NCBI GenBank assembly: GCA_050747525.1
Contig: JBOGOC010000060.1
Location: 69,558 to 133,557, forward strand
Direction of reading: 5' to 3'
Length of the DNA stretch: 64,000 nt
Source: Candidatus Polarisedimenticolia bacterium
GTDB taxonomy: Bacteria > Acidobacteriota > Polarisedimenticolia > JACPZX01 > DASXTC01
Made by a program: the position numbers and the translations under genes. The notes under the pieces were generated by a model that saw only the letters and a program-made list of their open reading frames with translations, did no database searches and had not been told where the DNA came from. The first letter of the stretch is position 1, and each line of letters begins with the position of its first letter. Below, piece after piece: positions 45,994-54,051 of the stretch.

Positions 45994-46535
45994 GAGCCAA
46001 TCGTCCATGCAGAATCGGCCCATTTCTCGAGCTTGACCCCGCCGGCGGCGAACAGAGTCACGCGGTCGAATCTCTCCCCGCCGCTCAGGCAGACCAGGCC
46101 CGGGGTGGACGAGACGCTGCCGTTCGATTCGAACGTGGCCTGATACGTCGTGCCGGACAGCACCGGCAGGGTGACCGTGCTCCCCGAGTCGGGGCGCGCG
46201 AACGTGACCTTCTTGGGCAGGCTGGCGGTGGCCAGCAGGATGTCGTCGGTGAGGTCGGACGGATCGACCAGGTCGTAGACCTGAATCTGGCGGGTCGTCG
46301 TGTTCAGCCGGAACTGGGTGGCCCGGTTGCGGCTGATGGCATGCGCGCGCGCAGCCTGGAGCTGCGTCCGGATCTCGCTGGCGGCGTGGCGCAGGTCCTC
46401 TCGCCCCAGCCAGGAGACCGAATAGCTCGCCGTGGTTGCCAGGAGAATGCCGGTGAGCAGCAGCACCACCATCGACTCGGCGATGGTCGATCCCCGCTCT
46501 CCTCGTCGGTTTTCACAGGCCGTGACCGTCCACAT
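45990..46535 (-). CDS. FimT/GspH-like type IV minor pilin / pseudopilin
   Basis: MWTVTACENRRGERGSTIAESMVVLLLTGILLATTASYS: prepilin-type leader, hydrophobic helix. Confidence 0.55.
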   Translation of the reverse strand: MWTVTACENRRGERGSTIAESMVVLLLTGILLATTASYSVSWLGREDLRHAASEIRTQLQAARAHAISRNRATQFRLNTTTRQIQVYDLVDPSDLTDDILLATASLPKKVTFARPDSGSTVTLPVLSGTTYQATFESNGSVSSTPGLVCLSGGERFDRVTLFAAGGVKLEKWADSAWTIGS

Positions 46536-46705
46536 GCTTGAAATCCTCCTTGCCGACTTAGAAATCTAGGCCTCCCCCCGTGCCGGTCAAGACGCCGGGC
46601 GCAGTTGGTTTCTTCGTGGCCGACTGGGCGGAAATCGAAGAGAGAAGGAACAATGAGAGGCGCGCGCCGGGGCCCTCACGGACCCCGGCGGGAGGAGCGC
46701 TGATC

Positions 46706-46804
46706 CTAGAGGTCGAACCCGAGACGCTGCGCCAGCGCGAAGAAAACCGCGGGACTGTACAGGTAGATCCCGATCATGACGGTCAGGAACTTTTCGAACG
46801 ACAT
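46706..46804 (-). CDS. Small (32 aa) hydrophobic protein with strong RBS
   Basis: GGAGGTGA 7 nt upstream of ATG (complement 46802-46804); MSFEKFLTVMIGIYLYSPAVFFALAQRLGFDL single TM helix. Below ORF-track size threshold. Confidence 0.3.
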   Translation of the reverse strand: MSFEKFLTVMIGIYLYSPAVFFALAQRLGFDL

Positions 46805-46890
46805 GGCGTGCTCACCTCCCTGTCGCAGGGGCCCCATGCTCCTGCCGCGCGCCAATATAGGCGGAGGCGGGTCCATGTCCATAAGGCGTC

Positions 46891-47355
46891 TCACGGAGTC
46901 TTCGGCGCGTCCTGCTTCCCGCAGTCGCACGGGGGGCAGCCGTTGTCGAAGACGATCTTCCAGCTCCCGTCTGGCTCGCGCCTCCAGATGGAGTTGAAGG
47001 TGCCGAAGAGCTTTCCGTCCGCATCCCGCACCGGGCCGGAGGTGTGCCCCAGCGTGCCCGAATCCAGGACCTGCACGCGCTCGGGCGCCCAGGAGAAGGG
47101 GGCCTTCGGTCCCTCGAAGAGCGGCTTCCATCCGTCGGCCACGGCCTGCTTGCCGCGCAGGACCTTTGCGGAGAAGAAGACCGCCTCGTCGGACAGGTGC
47201 GCAATGAAGGCGGCATGGTTCCGGTCAGCCATGCTCTTCGCGAAGGACGTTTCGGCCGCGCGCACCTGGGCGGTCAGCTCATCGAGCCGGGGCGTCGGGG
47301 CCGCGGGTGCCGCGGCGGTGAGGATCGCCAGAGCGATCAGCATGAACGGGCTCAT
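46891..47355 (-). CDS. Secreted SnoaL-like/NTF2-fold protein (DUF4440-like)
   Basis: Signal peptide MSPFMLIALAILTAAAPAAPTP; ...FIAHLSDEAVFFSAKVLRGKQAVADGWKPLFEG...FNSIWRREPDGSWKIVFDNGCP. Confidence 0.55.
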   Translation of the reverse strand: MSPFMLIALAILTAAAPAAPTPRLDELTAQVRAAETSFAKSMADRNHAAFIAHLSDEAVFFSAKVLRGKQAVADGWKPLFEGPKAPFSWAPERVQVLDSGTLGHTSGPVRDADGKLFGTFNSIWRREPDGSWKIVFDNGCPPCDCGKQDAPKTP

Positions 47356-47430
47356 TCTGTCTCCTGGATGCGAGGTGGTCTCGCTGTGGGCGCCGGTGTC
47401 CCATGATACGGCACGAAAGGGCGGGCGGTT

Positions 47431-49503
47431 TCAGCGGGCCGCCGCGAGCGACCGGGAGAGCCCGGTATCGGCCGCGCGCATCAGGCTCTCGGCATCCTGC
47501 GCGCGCATGGGGCGGCCGAACAGGTACCCCTGGCCGTACCCGCATCTCAGGGCACGGAGCTTCAGGAGCTGGGCCCGCGTCTCGATTCCCTCGGCCACCA
47601 CATCCATGCTCAGCTTGCGCGCCAGGGCGATGATCGAGCCGGCGACCGTCTCGAGGGCAGGCTGGCGGGGCAGCCGGGAGATGAAGCTCTTGTCCAGCTT
47701 GAGCAGGTCGAACGGCAATCTATGCAGGATCGACAAGGACGAATAGCCGGTGCCAAAGTCATCCAGCGCGATCCGAAAGCCGCGGGCACGCAGGCGGTGC
47801 AGGGAGCCGGCCACGTCGTCAGGGCGCTCGATCAGGCAGGATTCCGTGATCTCCAGGTGGATACGCGAAGGATCGGCTCCCGTGTCGGCCAGCAGGTGAT
47901 CCAGGTCGCTCTCCATATGGTCATCGAACAGCCACCTGGGTGAGACGTTCATCTTGATGGCGAGGTCCTTTCGCTTCTCGAACATTTCCTGCCAGCGGCG
48001 AAGCTGCATCATGGCCACCCTGAAGGTATGGCGGCTCATGCGGGCGATGAGGCCCGATTCTTCGGCCAGAGGGATGAATTCGTCCGGCGGAACGGCTCCG
48101 CGGATGGGGTGGTCCCATCTCACGAGCGCCTCGAAGCCGGTGATCCGCTCGGATCGAAGGCTCACCACAGGCTGGTACCAGACCTGGAGCTGCCCGTCTT
48201 CGAGCGCGCGGAAGAGCTCCGTTTCCAGGTGAAGCTCCGCCTGTGCCGTCTCATGCATGTTCCGGTCGTACACTTCCACGCGCGAGCCCCCGCGCTGCTT
48301 GGCGCGGTTCATGGCCATGTGGGCGTCCCGCAGCAGGGAAGCCGCATCGCTGCTGTCGTGCGGGCCAACGGCTATTCCCACGCTCGCACCGAACCTCACA
48401 CTGTGGCCGTCCACTTGAATGGGTCGGCCCAGAGTCTGGAGGATCCGCTCCGCCAGTCCGGCGGCATCCCTGAGGGAGCGCATCTTCTCCAGCACGATGA
48501 CGAACTCGTCCCCCTGGAAACGATAGACGGTCCCGCCCGATTCCAGGCCTGGATCGGATGCGCCGCGCTCGGACACCTGCAGCACCAGCAGGCGGGCCAG
48601 CTCCCGCAACAGGCGGTCGCCCACCGTCGAGCCCAGGCTCTCGTTGATCCGCCGGAAGCGATCCGCGCCCACGTGCAGCACCGCGATGCGCGTCCTGGTC
48701 CGGTGAGCGCGGTGCAGCTGGCGCTCGAGGCGATCCATCAGGACAGCGCGGTTCGGCAGGTCGGTGAGCTCGTCGTGCAGGGCGAGGTGGCGGAGCTGCT
48801 CCTCGTTGAGCCGCAGCTCGTGGATGTCCGCCTGAGAGCCGGCTATCCGCAGCGGCTTCCCGTCGGAGTCCCGCAGGCAGGCCCCTCTTGCCAGCATCCA
48901 CCTCCAGGTCCCGTCCCTGTGTTGCATGCGATACTCGAGCCGAAGGTGTGAGGCGCCCTGAGCGAGATGCTCGCGGATCCCTTCGCGCACGCGCTCGGAG
49001 TCTTCTGGATGCACCCGGTCGAGCCACTCGGCGGGGCGGTCGCCGATCTCTTCCTCCGCGAAGCCCAGCATCGTCTTCCAGCGAGGTGACAGGTAGAGCC
49101 GGTCCTCGTTGAGGTCCCATTCCCAGATGCCATCGTTGGACCCCGCCAGGGCCAGCGTGTGGCGTTGCTCGCTGCGAGACAGCTCGCTCGTACGCTCCTG
49201 CACGAGATCTTCCAGGCGGCTGGAGTAGAAGAGGACGCGGTCCTGAAGCCAGCCGGTCACGCCCGCCGCGACGGCCAGAATCAGGGCGAACAGATCCGCG
49301 AAGTAGTGCACGGGGGTGATGCTGTGCAGACCCGCCAGGAGGCCGACGCTCGGCCAGTCGGGAAGCTCGCCATAGAGATGATGGTAGTCGAACAGGTATC
49401 CGCAGGCCGTCAACGATGCCCCGAAAGCGAAGCCTGCGGCTGCGTAGAGGGCCGTGCGCGGGATGCGCGGCCGGTGCCGCGCGGTGTCCGTCATCGTCGG
49501 CAC
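47431..49503 (-). CDS. Membrane-anchored PAS-GGDEF-EAL sensor (diguanylate cyclase/phosphodiesterase)
   Basis: N-terminal TM helices; PAS (...NDGIWEWDLNEDRLYLSPRWKTMLGF...); GGDEF (...RFQGDEFVIVL...); EAL (...EALVRW...EITES...; ...KLDKSFI...). Confidence 0.8.
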   Translation of the reverse strand: MPTMTDTARHRPRIPRTALYAAAGFAFGASLTACGYLFDYHHLYGELPDWPSVGLLAGLHSITPVHYFADLFALILAVAAGVTGWLQDRVLFYSSRLEDLVQERTSELSRSEQRHTLALAGSNDGIWEWDLNEDRLYLSPRWKTMLGFAEEEIGDRPAEWLDRVHPEDSERVREGIREHLAQGASHLRLEYRMQHRDGTWRWMLARGACLRDSDGKPLRIAGSQADIHELRLNEEQLRHLALHDELTDLPNRAVLMDRLERQLHRAHRTRTRIAVLHVGADRFRRINESLGSTVGDRLLRELARLLVLQVSERGASDPGLESGGTVYRFQGDEFVIVLEKMRSLRDAAGLAERILQTLGRPIQVDGHSVRFGASVGIAVGPHDSSDAASLLRDAHMAMNRAKQRGGSRVEVYDRNMHETAQAELHLETELFRALEDGQLQVWYQPVVSLRSERITGFEALVRWDHPIRGAVPPDEFIPLAEESGLIARMSRHTFRVAMMQLRRWQEMFEKRKDLAIKMNVSPRWLFDDHMESDLDHLLADTGADPSRIHLEITESCLIERPDDVAGSLHRLRARGFRIALDDFGTGYSSLSILHRLPFDLLKLDKSFISRLPRQPALETVAGSIIALARKLSMDVVAEGIETRAQLLKLRALRCGYGQGYLFGRPMRAQDAESLMRAADTGLSRSLAAAR

Positions 49504-50444
49504 CCATCCGGTCTCGAAGGGACGGCCTCGATCGAGGCCGCGAGCACGTCCAGGCGCGCGCCGAGGTCGCGCGAGCCCCCGGCCACGCTGATCGCGTTCA
49601 CGAGCCGCAATCGCTCCAGCTCCTCCAGGGAGAGCATCTTCTGAAGCGGAGTCTGCCCCTTCAGGGATCGAACGGCGTCAAGGCGCTTGCGGATGCGGTG
49701 AGCGAGAGCCGTCCCCAGCTTGCTCAGCCCGGCCGCGTCGGCGGCCGCCAGTCCGGAGGGAGCCTGGCCGATGAACTCCATGAGCAGCTTCTGCTCCCGC
49801 TGCCGCGAGGATCGTGCCGCCGCCAGCTCTGCGGAGAGCGACATGATTTCGCGCTTGAGCGTCTCCATACGCGCGGTCAGAAGCGTCGCCTGCTCCCCTT
49901 CGGCACAGGAGCCGAGCGGGAAGTCTTCGCTCAGCTCCGGCAGGGAGCGCGCCATCATCGTGCGCAGGGCTCCCTGATAGAGGTCGGCCTGCATCAGGCC
50001 GCCTCGATCCGTGCCTGGAGGCACCGTGCCGGTGATCCGGTCGAGCTCCGCGATCACCTGGGTCGCCGCCTCATTCTCCGCCTCCAGGAAGTGGGCGAGC
50101 TCGGTGTCGTCGTCGACGGGGCGTGCTCCTTCCAGGCGCCGGGATGACCTCTGCAGCAGCAGGTTGGTTGCGCTCGAGGCCGACCGCAGAGTGGCGATCC
50201 GTTTCTCGAGCGCGGGAAGCTGGGAGGAGGCAATGCGTCCGTCCGGATCCCAGCGGGCGTCGGATTTCAGGAGGGCTCGAAGCCGCGAGGCAGCTGATGC
50301 GGCGCTTGCGACGTCTCCCGTCACGAGGGCGCCCTGGATACGTGTGAGCAGAGCCTGAGGGTCGTCGCGAAGCTCGGCCGAAGCCACCGTCCAGAGGCTC
50401 GACACGGCAGCGAGGACCAGACCGACCCTAACGACAGCGTTCAT
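49491..50444 (-). CDS. Secreted alpha-helical hypothetical protein
   Basis: Signal peptide MNAVVRVGLVLAAVSSLWTVASA; remainder predicted coiled-coil/helical. Confidence 0.4.
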   Translation of the reverse strand: MNAVVRVGLVLAAVSSLWTVASAELRDDPQALLTRIQGALVTGDVASAASAASRLRALLKSDARWDPDGRIASSQLPALEKRIATLRSASSATNLLLQRSSRRLEGARPVDDDTELAHFLEAENEAATQVIAELDRITGTVPPGTDRGGLMQADLYQGALRTMMARSLPELSEDFPLGSCAEGEQATLLTARMETLKREIMSLSAELAAARSSRQREQKLLMEFIGQAPSGLAAADAAGLSKLGTALAHRIRKRLDAVRSLKGQTPLQKMLSLEELERLRLVNAISVAGGSRDLGARLDVLAASIEAVPSRPDGCRR

Positions 50445-50931
50445 GGAACGTCCCATCTGCGGTGAGGAACCACGGAGGGCTCGCCTCGGCATCGAGGCGC
50501 AGACAGGTCCGATCGGCCGCTCCGTACCGTGACATGCGTGCTCTTGCGAGAGAGCCTCGTGGCAGGGCAATGGAACGGTATGAGGCTGTGCGTGTCCCGG
50601 CGACAGGGGCCACCTCCCAGAGATGGCCGAAGCCTTCTCCGATGATGTAGAAGCGGCCCAGGTGCAGCATGAGCTGGAGCTTCTCGACACGCGATCGTTC
50701 TGCCCTCAGAATCGGACCGGCATCGAGGCGTCCCTGGAAAGGAGCCTGGTCCGACAGGTGGATGGTTCCGCCGGGACCGACCGCCAGGACCATCCTGAAT
50801 GAGCTCTGGTCCAGGGACAGCGTGGCATCCGGGCCGGATGGCTGTCCGGGGGGGCGGCGCTCGGAGCATGCCGCCAGGAGCAAGACGGCGGTGAGGGCCG
50901 CGGCGCATCGGCTGAGGCGCGATGGGAGCAT
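50428..50931 (-). CDS. Lipoprotein (lipobox LLAAC)
   Basis: MLPSRLSRCAAALTAVLLLAACSERRPPG... Confidence 0.45.
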   Translation of the reverse strand: MLPSRLSRCAAALTAVLLLAACSERRPPGQPSGPDATLSLDQSSFRMVLAVGPGGTIHLSDQAPFQGRLDAGPILRAERSRVEKLQLMLHLGRFYIIGEGFGHLWEVAPVAGTRTASYRSIALPRGSLARARMSRYGAADRTCLRLDAEASPPWFLTADGTFHERCR

Positions 50932-51067
50932 CAGAGCGTCCTTGACGAGGTCCGGCCTCGTGAGACGGAGAATGTAGGGCGCGCAGGTGAGAGCTTCGAA
51001 TCGACCGGGCGGCGGAATCTTGGATGTCGTGTCAGTTCGGAGCGACGCGGTGTATGATGACCCGCCC

Positions 51068-51874
51068 ATGAAGCGCCGCTGGAATCTGTCCATCTGGCTC
51101 GGCTTCCTGCTCTTTGCGGCCGTAGCCGTCGCGTACCCGCTGGTGGTGGAGCGCTTCCCCGCCGTGGGAGACGCGACCTGGCCGACCCTTCTGATCTTCC
51201 TGGCCTCGCTGATGCTGATCGGCCGCGGGCTCCTGCGGGCCTTCCGCCGGCCGGCCGAGTACCGCGGGCGCATCGCCGGACCGATCTTCATGGTCCTGGC
51301 GGTCGCCGGCACGGGGCTCTTCGCGTTCAGCCTGCTGTACATGACGCGCCAGCTCCCCTCCTCCGGGCAGGCGCCGCAGGTGGGCGAGATGGCGCCGGAC
51401 TTCCGGCTGGCCGACCTCGACGGCAACCAGGTCGCCCTGGCGGATCTCCTGGGCGGAGGGGGCGCGAGGCCCGGGCATGCCGCTCTCCTCATCTTTTACA
51501 GAGGCTACTGGTGACCGTTCTGCAACTCCGAGTTGCGGAGCTTCCAGAACGATCTTCCCGCGTTCGACGCGCGTGGCGTGAAAATCGTTGCCATCAGCGT
51601 GGATCCTCCCGAGGTGACCCGCGAGCACGCCCGCAAGCAGGGTTACTCCTTCCTGTTCCTTTCCGACCCTGCGGCGGAGACGATCCGCCGCTATGATCTT
51701 CTGCATGAGGGCGCGGCGCCCGGGGGCGGTGACATCGCCCGCCCGGCCGAGTTCCTGATCGACGCCTCGGGCATGGTCCGCTGGACCAACATCACGAAGT
51801 CCTACGCGGATCGGACACGCCCATCCGAAGTGCTGGGAGCCGTGGATTCCCTGGGGCTCGGCGTCCCCCGCTGA
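51068..51874 (+). CDS. Membrane-anchored thioredoxin-fold (redoxin/AhpC-TSA) protein with in-frame TGA at the first Cys of WCxxC: candidate selenoprotein (UxxC), alternatively a nonsense pseudogene
   Basis: ORFs 50987..51514 and 51533..51874 are in the same frame separated only by TGA 51512-51514. Read-through gives ...ALLIFYRGYW-[TGA]-PFCNSELRSFQNDLPAFDARGVKIVAISVDPPEV..., i.e. a perfect redoxin W-C/U-x-x-C motif with TGA at the first Cys. Hairpin tctgcaact-ccg-agttgcgga at 51519-51539 starts 4 nt after TGA. Confidence 0.45.
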
Positions 51875-51939
51875 TTCTTACGCTTGTTCCGTAAGGCGTC
51901 GCAGTTGTTGGAAACGCCGTCTCACCGTATACACAGGAG

Positions 51940-53475
51940 GTGAGCGCCATGCCCGGCCGTGCCGCGGACTTCCACAGGGTTTCTCATCTCTACAGGCTGG
52001 GTGTCCTCCCCACGGAGCAGCCGCACCCCGACACGCACCAGCTGTCCCGCTGGGCGGCCGAGGACCTCCCGCGGGCGATCGCCGTCCTCAGGAGGATCGA
52101 CGAGCAGGCTCTCGACACCATGCTGCGTTACGCCGCGCACGTGGATCGCCTCGCGCGCGCCATCGAGCGCACGCTGGATGCCGGCGGCCGCGTGTTCCTG
52201 TGCGGCTGCGGGGCCACGGGACGGCTGTCGCTCAGCGTGGAGTCGCTGTGGAACCACGGAGGAGGCGACCCGGACCGGATCCGGTCCTTCATGGCCGGAG
52301 GCGACGTGGCCCTGGTGCACGCCCTGGAGGGGTTCGAGGACCATCCCGAGTACGGAGCGCGCCACCTGGAGGAGATGGGGTTCGGCGGCCACGACCTGCT
52401 GGTCAGCTGCACCGAAGGAGGAGAAACCCCCTACGTCATCGGCGCCACGCTGAGAGCGGCGGAGCTCTCGTCCGTCCCCCCGTTCTTCCTCTACTGCAAT
52501 CCCGATGCGATCCTCGCACGGCACGTGGAGAGGTTCCGCAATGTCCGCGAGCATCCCGGCATCGATCCCGTCTGCCTCGACGTGGGACCGATGGCGCTGG
52601 CGGGAAGCACCCGCATGCAGGCCAGCACCGTGCTGCAGCTCGCGGTGGGCATCGCCCTGCTGCACCCCGAGCGCCGCGCCTGCGAGTCGATCGCGCGCCA
52701 CCGCGACCAGGTCCGCGACACGGACTTCTCGTTCCTGGAGGAGTTCGTTCGCACCGAGGCGGCCACCTACGCGGCCGGGCATCACGTGACCTACCGGGTG
52801 CGTGATTTCGGCATCACGGTTCTCACCGACACCACAGAGCGGGCGCCCACCTTCAGCCTGGTCCCGTTCGACCAGCTCGAAGAGAGGCGCGAAACGCACT
52901 CGCTTTGCTACGTGGCTCTGGAGGATGCGCCGACCCCGGGCGAGGCGTGGCGCCGCCTGCTGGGCCGCCCTCCCCGGGCGCTGGACTGGCCCGACGTGGA
53001 CTCCAGGACCGGCGAAGGCTACCTGCATGGCTTCGACTTCAGCGCGGAGGCGGCGCGCCGCCGGCGCGATCAGATCCCAGGCAGGAGGCACGAGGAGCTG
53101 TGCATCGGCCGCACCTCGGCGGGTTTCTCGCTGGAGATGGCGGGCCGGCGCCACGAGGTCCGCGCGGCGCACCTGCCCGACCTGTTCCAGCACCTCATGC
53201 TCAAGCAGATGCTCAACATCCAGTCCACCCTGGTGATGGGGCGGCTGGGACGGTACGAAGGGAACCTCATGACCTGGGTGGCTCCCACCAACGGCAAGCT
53301 GATCGACCGCGCGGCGCGCTACGTGATCCATCTGCTGTCGCGCGCGGGGCGCGGCGAGCCCTCCTACGAAGATGTCGTGGATCAGCTCTTCGCCCAGATG
53401 GAGGACGCCCGTCCCGGCGAGCCGCTGGTTCTGAACGCCTGTCAGGCTCTCCTGCGCCGCCGCGCGGCGAGTTGA
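51940..53475 (+). CDS. Double SIS-domain protein of the GCKR / MurNAc-6-P etherase (MurQ) family
   Basis: 511 aa; ...VFLCGCGATGRLS...; ...LAGSTRMQASTVLQL... closely resembles the MurQ/GCKR conserved GSTRxKAGTAQK motif. Confidence 0.55.
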   Translation: MSAMPGRAADFHRVSHLYRLGVLPTEQPHPDTHQLSRWAAEDLPRAIAVLRRIDEQALDTMLRYAAHVDRLARAIERTLDAGGRVFLCGCGATGRLSLSVESLWNHGGGDPDRIRSFMAGGDVALVHALEGFEDHPEYGARHLEEMGFGGHDLLVSCTEGGETPYVIGATLRAAELSSVPPFFLYCNPDAILARHVERFRNVREHPGIDPVCLDVGPMALAGSTRMQASTVLQLAVGIALLHPERRACESIARHRDQVRDTDFSFLEEFVRTEAATYAAGHHVTYRVRDFGITVLTDTTERAPTFSLVPFDQLEERRETHSLCYVALEDAPTPGEAWRRLLGRPPRALDWPDVDSRTGEGYLHGFDFSAEAARRRRDQIPGRRHEELCIGRTSAGFSLEMAGRRHEVRAAHLPDLFQHLMLKQMLNIQSTLVMGRLGRYEGNLMTWVAPTNGKLIDRAARYVIHLLSRAGRGEPSYEDVVDQLFAQMEDARPGEPLVLNACQALLRRRAAS

Positions 53476-53558
53476 AAGAGCGCGGGCGGGGCCACGGCGC
53501 GCAATAATAAGGATGTGACGGGACTTGGGGGGCCCGGGAACGTGAACGGAGCTTGAAC

Positions 53559-53999
53559 ATGGCAAGTCGAAAGGAAAAACCGGCGGAGGACGCCGCCGCG
53601 ACCGATCAGGCGCCGCCCGTCCCCGTGGAAGAGGAAGTCTCGGAAGTCGACGAGGAATTCCAGGAAGCCGGGAAGCTGGGAATGCCGGAGCGCGCTTTCA
53701 AGCAGAAGCTGCGCCAGCACTACCCGGACTCGCCCAAGATCACCGCGGGCGACGTGGACGCCGCCTGGGATCGCTCCGACGTGGGCGAGGAAACGCCGGG
53801 AGGCTCGGTGGCGACCCCCGACCAGGACATCGTGGAGCAGATCGGCGAAGCGATCGGACAGACGTTCGAGGACAACGAGCCGCTCGACCGCCCCGAGAAA
53901 CTGGAGCGGCGGGGCGGGCCCCGATGGGAGCTCGACCCCGCTTCGTCGGAGGACTACCAGGAGCGCCACGGGTCCCCTCACATCCCCCGCAAGCGCTAG
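53559..53999 (+). CDS. Acidic hypothetical protein
   Basis: 146 aa, highly acidic (EEEVSEVDEEFQE...), no TM; coding potential supported by codon bias only. Confidence 0.35.
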   Translation: MASRKEKPAEDAAATDQAPPVPVEEEVSEVDEEFQEAGKLGMPERAFKQKLRQHYPDSPKITAGDVDAAWDRSDVGEETPGGSVATPDQDIVEQIGEAIGQTFEDNEPLDRPEKLERRGGPRWELDPASSEDYQERHGSPHIPRKR

Positions 54000-54051
54000 G
54001 GCGCCGGCCCTCACCCCGTCCCGCGGCCGATGCTAGGATGCGTTCCTCGCT

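Noticed and set aside
46580-47746. 388-aa plus-strand ORF
   Set aside because: Antisense to the SnoaL-like gene and the start of the GGDEF-EAL gene; no domain signal.
50428-51492. 354-aa minus-strand ORF
   Set aside because: Only the C-terminal 167 aa starting at the lipoprotein signal (MLPSRLSRCAAALTAVLLLAAC) is plausible. The upstream part is antisense to the redoxin gene.
51922-53565. 547-aa minus-strand ORF
   Set aside because: Antisense to the double-SIS GCKR/MurQ-like gene, which has recognisable motifs.
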